The notes under the pieces were generated by a model. The model searched no databases, was not told where the DNA came from, and was given only the letters and a program-made list of their open reading frames with translations. 64,000 nt of DNA, from the NCBI GenBank assembly GCA_021613535.1, contig CP075496.1:1-64000 (forward strand), in the 5' to 3' direction. Source of the stretch: Adineta vaga (Eukaryota; Animalia; Rotifera). A program made the position numbers and the translations under genes. This document shows positions 24,697-34,399 of this stretch, one piece after another; the stretch's first letter is position 1, and each line of letters opens with the position of its first letter.

Positions 24697-26217
24697 CGTA
24701 ATTGTATTTTGTAAATCGTTAAAATCCGTTGACTTTGATTTGTAAAACAACGATTCATAATATCACACATGGTTTTTGTTAATTTTTTATATGTTGGACC
24801 ATGTACTTGATCAGCTTTAAATTGTGCCATATCATTATTAAATTTCTTTTCAGTTTCATTCATCTGTACTTCCATAGTAGCCAGTTGAACAGACGTCATA
24901 TCAGATATCGTTCGTTGCAAAATTTTATCATATCGTTCAATTAATCGTAAACGCATATGTTCATCTGTAATAGCATCCAATGCTTCTGGTCTCGGTAAAT
25001 CAAATGTTCTAATATTATCTGGTAAATAATTATGAACAATACGTTGTTTTAACATAGCTACATCCATTTTTGTTGTTTCTTTTGCTAAATGAGCTTGTAA
25101 CAGATTTTGAAATGTATTGATCTGTAGAAGAAAAACAGAACTTATAAATACTAATATAAGAAATTGATAACATACATGATCTTGAAATGGATTTTCTCGT
25201 TTAAATTCCCATTCCAATGCATGATCAGTATAATGAAATTGAATTCGAGCTATTTCTTGTTCAATTCGAAGACGATGTCAAACAATACCATGTTGTTCAA
25301 CAAATTGATCAATTGTTTTTTCCATTTCCGAAGTAAAATGTGGATGAATCGTTTGTTTCAAGTGTTCTAATTGACCTTGATAATGTGTTTGTTGGATTTG
25401 TAATTGTTCCAATTTTTTATGCACATAACTTAAACATGCTCGGAGATCGACTGTTTCCATGTCAGCCGAAGTAGTACTAAGACGTTCTTCTTCAACCATA
25501 CGCATTTTTACTTCTTTTGGCCAAAGAGGAAGATGAGTTTGTGATTCTACCTGTTTTTGATTGACTTTCAAGTGACCCATACCAGATTGTAAATAAATTG
25601 TCCAGAGTGTTTGATTGAGATCAACTAATGCTAATTTATGTTTTAAAATAGCAATTGATCGCAATGTTTCCATTGGTAAATTAATGCCTGATTGTTCAAT
25701 AATAGGAACAATAAAACGTTCAAAAAATTTACTCTTCAATGATAGATATTGCGGTGCATCATCCACTGGTTGTTCTATTACCACTTTTAATTTTTTTGGT
25801 GCTGTTGCTGCTCGTGTTGGTGTTGATGGTGTTAATACTGGTCGTTTTGTTCCACTCGCTTGTACTTGTTGTTGTTGTTGTTTGTTGTTGTGATGCTGAT
25901 AATTGACGAAATTGTTGTGATAAACGTCCTTCTTCTTGTGGAATAGTTGTAGAAGCAGCAGCAGCAACAGGAATTGTTTCATCCAATTCATTGGATTCCA
26001 ATTGTACTGGAATAATTTGTTCGTTTCGACCAAAATTCATAAAATGATAATCAAAATCAACAGGTTGATCTTCATTTTCATCAGCATCATCATTTTGACC
26101 ATGATAAATATCAAGAAATCGATTGATTTCACTACCACCCTATAACAATGCAGAAATACAAATGAATTAAAAGTATATTAAGAGAAAAAAACATACTTTT
26201 TTATTTGAACCAGCCAT
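24663..26217 (-). pseudogene. Coiled-coil ORF A, 3 exons, with a +1 indel (~25882) and an in-frame TGA (25278-25280) in this copy
   Basis: Introns 26140-26196 and 25122-25175; colinear with CC-B across both lesions. Confidence 0.75.
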
Positions 26218-26339
26218 TGTGAACAAAGAGAAAAATAATCTAGTATTAATTATATCTGAAAAAAACAAATAAACAACTAAGAATGAAAATATAAGTGAAA
26301 TAAAATAAAAAAGCAAAACAAAAACTCATATTACAAATA

Positions 26340-27335
26340 CTAGTGTATTAATGGTGAGCGAACTAAAAAGAGAAAGACAAAGAAACGTACAGCAAAAAGA
26401 AAATTGAAGTGTGAACTTACAAGATATGATGGTCCAATGATTGAAGCTAATTTAGTTGTTGCAAAACAATCATTCGTGGCATAATTGATTAATTTTAATC
26501 GTTCTTGATTTTCTTTTTCTGTTAATGATGATTTCATCAGACGAATATCCAAGCCAATTCCCCAATTACTGACTGTAAGAGATTTATCCAAAAATTCTTC
26601 CAGAACATTGGCTACAGCTCTTTGTAAAGCCCATGGGTTATTCTGTTGTTTGTAAGGTCGATGAGAACATGTACAGCTTGGATCATCTTCTTTGTCTTTG
26701 ACTATGGCCATAGAACAGTAGGAATCATGTGGATATGTATCATTGTACCAATATTTGAATTCATCTTGTACATTAATGATTTCTAACTGATGTAATGGTA
26801 TGCATTTAAATAAGGGATAGATATTAAATTTGATTAACTCTTTTTTTTCATTTCCCCATGCAAATAATGTTTTCGATGGATGAAATATGGTGTTGATTAG
26901 CCGTTGGATTTGTAAATAAATTGGTGATTTGATTGATGGCATATGAAACATTTCAAATACAATAATATGTTTCTTTTGTTCATTTTTGTCACTTTCTACT
27001 AGAGATGACACAAATTCTACTTGTATTAAAGCTGGTTGTTTTGAAAAGTCATCAATTTCTGTGTCCACAGTAAAATAAGCTGTTCGATGAGCCAATTCCC
27101 GTAATCGAATAAGACCAAAGAAAAACGACATCGAATTAATAAATATAAGTTCATATGTTTGTTTATATGAAAAGATTGGTAATTGACGACTTAATTCTTC
27201 ATTGAGTTGACTTTTTTTCTTATTATGATTCCATTGTCGTTTTCGTTGTTGTAAAGTTTTCGATTTTTTCTTCGAGCTTTGTAGAACATCAAGTAATGAC
27301 ATGAGGACAATTTCATCATTAATTAATGTAGCCAT
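26340..27335 (-). CDS. DEDDy 3'-5' exonuclease (RNase D/WRN-like)
   Basis: ExoI motif FTVDTE, ExoIII motif YATND, FAWG; the true C-terminus is probably cut at the GTAAGT donor at 26420. Confidence 0.82.
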   Translation of the reverse strand: MATLINDEIVLMSLLDVLQSSKKKSKTLQQRKRQWNHNKKKSQLNEELSRQLPIFSYKQTYELIFINSMSFFFGLIRLRELAHRTAYFTVDTEIDDFSKQPALIQVEFVSSLVESDKNEQKKHIIVFEMFHMPSIKSPIYLQIQRLINTIFHPSKTLFAWGNEKKELIKFNIYPLFKCIPLHQLEIINVQDEFKYWYNDTYPHDSYCSMAIVKDKEDDPSCTCSHRPYKQQNNPWALQRAVANVLEEFLDKSLTVSNWGIGLDIRLMKSSLTEKENQERLKLINYATNDCFATTKLASIIGPSYLVSSHFNFLFAVRFFVFLFLVRSPLIH

Positions 27336-27535
27336 TTGATTGATAAAGTAGAAAATTCGAGTTTAGAGTAAGATTTGTGAAATAATCTAGAATAAAAAGC
27401 GAGAAAGAAAAATGATAATATAAGATTCAAATGAACTGATTATATGAGATATGAGATATAGTTGAAATGAAAACATGCATGTATGAATAAAAATGAAAGT
27501 TCGATGAGTTCTGTAAATGTTGATTGATATCTTCT

Positions 27536-28162
27536 CTAGGCGGACATGTAGCCATGGTTAATTCTGGTAATTTCACCTTCCAATGATTGTAATGATGATT
27601 GTAATGGTGTTTTGGGTTGGCGTTGTTGTTTAATAGACGATTTTCGGTTTGATGGTGTTACTGATTGTTGTTGTTGTTGCTGTTGTTGTGCACGATTAAT
27701 GATTCGCTGGCAAAAACATGAAATGAGCCAATCACATAGATTAAAGCCACTTCGAAAGACGCAAAAATAGACAAATATACCAATAAACGATGTGATGGTA
27801 AATATAGCAACAATGTCTCGCCAACTTGAAAGGATTGGACCAGTTTTTGTATGATGATCGTTGATAGCATCAGCAACAAATGTAGCATTGATTGAGTTGT
27901 TGATGAGATAATTGATCATTGTTCGATGATCATTGATGGTTGTTTGTAATGCATGTATATTAAGATTACCTGCATCTGTATTCCGTTTTTGTCGATGCTG
28001 ATGAGTTATATTTTCGAATATAGGTACACAAGGTGTTTGTTTTAACAGAATGATTATTTGTTGTAGAGTCATTGTATGTGAACATGTAAAGACTTGACTG
28101 GTTAGCTGACAATTGACCAAACCCATAATAAGACATAAACCAATATAATGAATACTAATCAT
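27536..28162 (-). CDS. Small type-I membrane protein: signal peptide, RQKR site, heptad-like segment, TM helix
   Basis: Hydrophobic N-terminus, RQKR at aa ~57-60, TM IVAIFTITSFIGIFVYFCVF, Cys-rich juxtamembrane tail. Confidence 0.75.
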   Translation of the reverse strand: MISIHYIGLCLIMGLVNCQLTSQVFTCSHTMTLQQIIILLKQTPCVPIFENITHQHRQKRNTDAGNLNIHALQTTINDHRTMINYLINNSINATFVADAINDHHTKTGPILSSWRDIVAIFTITSFIGIFVYFCVFRSGFNLCDWLISCFCQRIINRAQQQQQQQQSVTPSNRKSSIKQQRQPKTPLQSSLQSLEGEITRINHGYMSA

Positions 28163-28298
28163 TCTGAACTAAATTTGCTTTGTGTAATTGCTTGAGGGTG
28201 ATGAAAACGATCGATATATCTAAAATAGTAAAACAAATAGGAAGAATAGATAAAATAGAATAAAATAGCAAATGAAAAGAAAAATATATTAAGAAGAA

Positions 28299-29927
28299 TT
28301 AGTTATCTTGAGGATGGCATAGATTTTCACACCAAACACCTTGATTTACAGGAGTTCGAAGAGGATATTTGAAAATATGACCTAATTTATTCAGTTTTGC
28401 TTCAGTATGTGTAACAAATAACGAATGAACAATTTGACGAAATGTTTCCGATGAATTCGATGGTAAAACAGCAATCATTGTTGCTGTATAAACATTATAT
28501 CGAATATCATTAAAATTTTCATGTAATTTATATTGAAAGAATTCATATTGTTGATGAAGTTGTTGTTTAGTAAATTTAAAACCTTGTGTTGGTGGTGGTA
28601 CATTATTAACTAGTTGTTGTATGTGTTTATCATACTTTTGATGTTCAGTTGTTCCTAATTGATATTGTTGATTTGCTTGATGAGCGAGTGCATTTGATAC
28701 TGGAACAAATATCCAATAACTGTCGTTAACATCCAGAAATGATTGGATTGCACTTGAACAACGTTTTGGATGTTGATACAGACGACAAGAATCTTTTTTC
28801 GTCATATTCAATGTTCTCTTACCAAAGCATTTTTCATAATTTGCCGAACCCATTAACTGTTCAATGATAAGTCGATGAGTAATGGCATGATGAGTTGCTA
28901 AACGTTGCCATAATAGACCACTAGTTTCTCCAATAAAATCATATTCACCACAATGGCATGTCAAAGTATAAATTATATTTTTTGTATTACATGTAGCTGG
29001 GCAATTTAAAATTGATTCATATCCATTAACAAAACGATGTTTTTGATAACTATTAAATTGTACATCATATTTTTGTTGTTTTTTTCTTGGACTACATGAT
29101 GAACATATTTCGCAGGCTATTTGATTGCACCGTTTCATAACATAACGACATTCAGGCATTTCTGAACAGAAAATTCCTTCAGTTTGTGATCGAGGTTGTG
29201 CTTGACGAAATGAACATGTTTTCATATAAAATAAATCGACATCAATTTGTAAATAAAATTCAATTAATTGTTTAAACTCACTATCATTTAAAGTAAGAAT
29301 AATATTAGATGAACGGAATTCTTGTAGAATACGAACATATGCATTTTCACATAATTGAATAACTTTTTTTAATCTTGAATAACTATAATCCAAAAGAGTA
29401 AAACCAATATTGAATCGTTCCATTATGTCTGGTCCATAATATTTATGATAAAAATCTGCTAAATGTGATGCTGTAATAGTAGATGGTTTTTCGATGGGAA
29501 TAGAACATACAATTTTATCTGGATGTCGTCGTGCAACTTCTTTTTCAGATAAGTGTTGTACTGGAACACTGGATAATAATAAAAATACTGTTCGATCAGA
29601 TTCAGAATCGAAAGCCATATCATCATCAACAACAACATTGATATGTTGATTAGATATTTGATCTGACGGTGGATAAATAGGTAAAATTGTTAATCGTTCT
29701 TGATTACATGCTTCCAATGTAAATGGTTGATAAGATGGTTGTGCTAAACCAATGGGTGATGGATTTGCATTGATCATTGATGTAGTTGAATGAGTAGTAG
29801 TAGTAGCAGCAGCAGCAGCAGCAGCAGCATTAAGACAATGTGCATTATCATTATCATCTGATGATGAAGATAATTCGATCAGATCGATTGTACGCTTAGA
29901 AGGATTAGGGCGATGTGAATGTGCCAT
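28299..29927 (-). CDS. GIY-YIG-like endonuclease, copy 1, intronless, 542 aa
   Basis: CPATCNTKNIIYTLTCHCGEYDFIGET...QRLATH, CxxxxCxxC, KLN. Confidence 0.85.
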   Translation of the reverse strand: MAHSHRPNPSKRTIDLIELSSSSDDNDNAHCLNAAAAAAAATTTTHSTTSMINANPSPIGLAQPSYQPFTLEACNQERLTILPIYPPSDQISNQHINVVVDDDMAFDSESDRTVFLLLSSVPVQHLSEKEVARRHPDKIVCSIPIEKPSTITASHLADFYHKYYGPDIMERFNIGFTLLDYSYSRLKKVIQLCENAYVRILQEFRSSNIILTLNDSEFKQLIEFYLQIDVDLFYMKTCSFRQAQPRSQTEGIFCSEMPECRYVMKRCNQIACEICSSCSPRKKQQKYDVQFNSYQKHRFVNGYESILNCPATCNTKNIIYTLTCHCGEYDFIGETSGLLWQRLATHHAITHRLIIEQLMGSANYEKCFGKRTLNMTKKDSCRLYQHPKRCSSAIQSFLDVNDSYWIFVPVSNALAHQANQQYQLGTTEHQKYDKHIQQLVNNVPPPTQGFKFTKQQLHQQYEFFQYKLHENFNDIRYNVYTATMIAVLPSNSSETFRQIVHSLFVTHTEAKLNKLGHIFKYPLRTPVNQGVWCENLCHPQDN

Positions 29928-30029
29928 TGTTATAAGAAAATGTATATCTACAATAAAAATAAAAGAGCATTATAAATTTGACGAATTAAAATAAACACAA
30001 AAAGAAAAAGAAAAAGAAAAAATTGATCA

Positions 30030-30518
30030 TTATTTATCCTCATCCGAAAGATAATGTACATCTTCGACTATATGAGTTGATGTGTGTATATGTGAAGTTT
30101 TAAGCCTTTTACATGTTATATCACTGAGATAACTTTGTTCGTAAGATCGTTTTGATTCGTTAACCACTGTAATTTCTTGTTCACAGTCGACATCATTGAC
30201 GACTTTGATTAGCGATTCAAATAAATCATTTTGAAGAATTCGTTGAAAATATTGAGGCGGAATACAGATGCTATGCTTGGCCAAGATTCTTTGAATTCGA
30301 TCGTTTCTTTCAGTTTCATTTTCAATTGTTAATATAATATCACCAAGTAAGCCACTTCTTGCCATTCGCTTTCGATAAGCATGTGGAATGAACACATTTT
30401 TTAAATGGGACAGACGCTTGAGTTGTTTTCTTTCATTATATTCTTCTTCTAAAAAATCTTCTATTGTCGATGCAGTTTCAATTGAATCGATTGATGGAGA
30501 TGAAGATAAACTTGTCAT
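30030..30518 (-). CDS. Unknown 162-aa protein, first cistron of the array
   Basis: Open frame with good ATG context, ~80 nt downstream of a TATA box. Confidence 0.6.
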   Translation of the reverse strand: MTSLSSSPSIDSIETASTIEDFLEEEYNERKQLKRLSHLKNVFIPHAYRKRMARSGLLGDIILTIENETERNDRIQRILAKHSICIPPQYFQRILQNDLFESLIKVVNDVDCEQEITVVNESKRSYEQSYLSDITCKRLKTSHIHTSTHIVEDVHYLSDEDK

Positions 30519-30559
30519 TGTTGTATAGAAGTAACACCAGTATAGTTGATATAATTTTG

Positions 30560-30935
30560 TTGAAATGGTATATAGACAATGAAAAAACTCAGGCTTTATA
30601 TAGGCTGAGAAGAGAGAGAGAGGAATGCAACTTTAATTGCGCATTTTATTAAGGGGAAATTCCATTGGCTTCTGATTTCAGTTGCTAAAGTCCATAGAAT
30701 GTTCTTTTTCTTTAGGGAGTGCTATATTTTGCACCCCCTTTTCTACAAAAGATCATAGTCCAAATCGAATGTGAGAAAATGCAACGACGTAAATCAACCA
30801 GATCCAGTTTATTTTTAGAGTGGGAGTCTGTTTTTTCTCTCTAGAATATTCTAGAGAGAGAATTAGAGAATTAGAGAATCAGAGATTCAGAGAGGGTATA
30901 TAAACGGTAGTTTTTATACAATCCTTTTCATTTTC
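30560..30935. promoter_or_regulatory. Putative divergent promoter pair
   Basis: TATATAAA on the minus strand at 30602-30595 and on the plus strand at 30897-30904 (TCATT ~33 nt downstream); short AGAGAATY repeats between them. Confidence 0.5.
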
Positions 30936-31647
30936 TATTTTGTTATTTAGACATCCACATCCAAATTCATCATATTCTAAATCGAAACTTCATTGGTAAC
31001 TTATAAACATATATAATTGCATTTTCTATGACTTTAATAGGTAATTTAACTGAAAAATGAGTGGTGAAAATATCTTCAAATACAGCTGAAATAATCAATC
31101 TACAAAATAAAAAGTAAATTGTAAGATGAAAGTTCTTTTATTTCTAGACAGAAACAAAAGTTTATCCAAAATATATAACCCATGAAATCACATGTATTGA
31201 ATACAATCCATGTTACAATCATTTATCAAAATTATATGATTACATAATGAACAGAGAATAGGACAAGCCATACCGGATGATAAAACAAAGTGCAATATAA
31301 ACAGGTAATGGTTTATTTTCTTTAATAAATAATATAATTATTATAGAAATGACTGTTTATTGAAAAAATAATACATGGGAATAAGTATTACAAGCAAAAC
31401 AAATGTGATTATGAGGATGGTGAAGAAAATAACAAAAATCATGTTCACGGTGGCCACATACATATTGAACAAAACCATTATTCACATCAGATTGAATTGG
31501 CAAGTGACATGTGAAGCAAAGAATCGATCGAGCCATCTTGAGGGTATGAATTAATTATCTAAAGAAAATGAGCAATCAAGTTCGTTTCATTTAGACTTCA
31601 AAAGTTCAAAAGAGAAAAGAAAATTTCAGTATTCGTTGTGGTTTATT

Positions 31648-32644
31648 TTATTTACGAAATTTACGTCTTAATTCATAAGCAGCATCACGAATGGCATTTT
31701 CGAAGAGGGCATCCAGATAGTAGGATGCACACTCTTCGCGTTTCATTATTTCGAACAAGTCACGTGTCGATGGAAGTCCAGCTCGTTCAATCACTTTTTC
31801 GACACATGTCGAGAATACTTCTTGATTGAGAACTTCTCCTTTTGTATAATATTTGCACGTCTGATATACTCTTGTGTTTGGTTCACGTTCATTCGAACGC
31901 TGACGTTTGATCGATGATGATGATGATTTTTGTCCAACAATAGTAATTGTTGACGATGACAAACCCTTGTTCAACACTGTATCATATCTGTCACATTCGG
32001 TTTCCGACACCATCCGAATTGTCGGTATCACATTGAGTGAACCATGTGATATCGACTCTTGCGAGGGTGTCGTTGACAAGCATGTAACAGACATGGTACA
32101 GTGTCGATCTCGTGTTGTCATTGAATCATTACCACCAGTTGATGTTTTTGATTTGTTTAGTCTTCCGACACTTCTTTTTGATTTAGTTGCATCAGTAACA
32201 TCATCACGATCATCATCATCACCACCACCACCACCACCACCAGTATCCACATGAGCAGCAGCAGCAGTCGTTGTTTTGGTTTTTGGTACACCACGATCAT
32301 TTCGTTTAATACCACCACCACCAGCCGCAGCAGTAACATCTTCGATGTCCATATCATCGACTGTTGGTGTTGTTGATGGTTCTCCACGTTGACAAGCAAA
32401 CAGCTTTCGAGCAGCCACGACCTACAAGGAGAAAAAAAAACAACAATAATAATCAACTGCTTTTTATGATCTCAAAATGTGTACAAACCTTTCGCATGTT
32501 CGTCGTCAATGGTACTTTTTCACCGGCTAATTTTTTGGTGTTTTTTGCGCCGGTTGGAGAACCAGATTGATTGTCGATCAGTTGAATATATTCCTCCATT
32601 GGAATAATGATGGAATGACTTGATATAGTTGTAATTCGGTTCAT
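31648..32644 (-). CDS. Unknown low-complexity protein with helical C-terminal domain, 2 exons
   Basis: TATAAAA at 32727, ATG at 32644, intron ~32422-32488, long open second exon. Confidence 0.6.
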
Positions 32645-33337
32645 GATGATCAATTTGAGTAGTTGAAGTAGTTGAGACGATAATGAAGATTTGTGATTCT
32701 ACACTAAAAAATCCTTCCCTTTTTATACTCTCGAAAATGTATGAATATTGCGCACATTAAATTCCAACACATATTCATATAAATTTATCTAAAGAACAGT
32801 TCAGAGTGTGAATTCCATGACGCAATTCAAGTTCAAATCGTCAATAATTCGTTCTGTTATTAATCATTTCAAATGAAAAAACATTCTTGTGATAGACAAT
32901 TTTATACTCTACAAATCAATAACCAAGGTCATTGTGAACAAATGCTTCCAGAATGAATTATTCATTAAGTACAAATATTATTATTCATAATTTCCAAGTT
33001 CAAAGTCCAAAAAAAATACAATCGTATCATTGCATATATTTCATGAAGAAAAACAGGCTTACATTCTATCTTCTTAAGAAGAAAAAAACAGACAAACATT
33101 CTATTTGAGAAGAAAAAGAAAAAAAAATATAACGAAGATAAAAAAAAGACAAGTCAAGAATTATTATACAATTCAAAATGAGCTCAAAAACAACATTTGT
33201 TAACATACACCAAGCAAAAACAATTATAATCAACAATATAAAATTCAAAAAACTAACGATAGAAAAACAAAATCATCATTTCATCACAGTCATCAGAGCG
33301 ATTCGTGATTGAATATTCGTCATCTCATATATCAATC

Positions 33338-33920
33338 GATAGATCTTGACGGGATACATGTAAAATATACATGGTGGAACATTGTGACATGCTCTGATGA
33401 GTAGTTTCCGAATGAACTCCGTGAAGATCTCCGATTTTGGATCTTACGATCTCCGAAATAGATAGTTCACCGTCTGATAAATCATTTGATAGATAATTTG
33501 ACGAGAAACAAATCATTCATCGAACATTTGTTTCTAGAACCTTTCGTTCAGGAGTTGTTCTTCGAAAGAAATTGAACGGTAATTCGTATTAGGTGTTTTA
33601 CAGAGCACTTTTCTAACTCCTGAACCAAACGAGATACAGACATATTTCCCGTATTTGAACGATAGATCTCGACGAGATGCATCTAAAAGGTACACGGTGG
33701 AACACGGTAAAGTGCTTCGTTGAGGAGTTTTTGGAGGAGCTCTGTGGAGATCTGAGACTTTGGATCTTCGGATCTCAGGGATAGATAGATCACCGAGTGA
33801 TATACCATTCGATAGAGAATATGACGACGAACAAATCACCCATTGAACATTTGTTTCTAAGACCTTTCGTTCAAGTGTTATTCTTGGAAAGACGTTGAAC
33901 AGTAAATGTGTTACGCAGTT
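33338..33920. repeat. Diverged tandem duplication, period ~323 bp
   Basis: GATAGATCTYGACG...GAACATTTGTTTCTA...CCTTTCGTTCA recurs at 33338 and 33661. Confidence 0.8.
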
Positions 33921-34399
33921 TCAGAAACATCTTATTTATCTTCTAAACTAAAAGAGTTCTCAATTATACATGCAATGCTTGAATTACTGGTCCAATAGTG
34001 GGACATCTGGAAATCGAAAAGTCCGAAAATAAAATATCAAAATGTAAAGAATATGTTTCTCGTTGATATTGATTAGAAACCGCTTCAGTTCAACATGAAA
34101 AATAGGATTGTTGATAAGGTTCGAATCGTTATTGAATGATATGAAGAAATACAGTGAAGCGAAAAGTGGAATAATTTACTTCGGTATTTAACATGAAGAA
34201 GAAGAAAAAATTTAACAGATTGTTGCGTGTATTTGCGTTGAAACGGTTATGTTGCACATGGGTCAATAGCTTTTAACAACTGTTGATTGTGAAAATGCTG
34301 ACTCTACGTCAGCTTTTCTAAATGGTAAAGAATATAAAAGTACACATTTCTCGGAATTTAGGTGTTCAGTAAGATAAAATCTATATTGAGACATGATCG

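Larger units (their letters stand above)
5520..30600 (-). mobile_element. Terminon (giant Athena/Penelope-like telomeric retroelement), long unit of ~25 kb; 5' limit uncertain (may reach ~32.7 kb)
   Basis: 3' hammerhead plus telomere junction; co-oriented Athena RT, coiled-coil, GIY-YIG, DEDDy and TM ORFs match the described Terminon organisation. Confidence 0.9.

Noticed and set aside
25875-25890. Frame change within CC-A as a possible second programmed frameshift
   Set aside because: Single-base indel in a CAA microsatellite, with no slippery site or hairpin and absent from paralog CC-B; mutation or sequencing error
12250-26145. Many short plus-strand ORFs overlapping Terminon genes (e.g. 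12250, 14100, 16424, 19733, 23033, 25615)
   Set aside because: Antisense shadows of the minus-strand coding sequence with no independent signals
33394-33460. CTGATGAG ... GAAA on the plus strand
   Set aside because: No pairing stems, and the motif is not conserved in the second repeat copy; not a hammerhead
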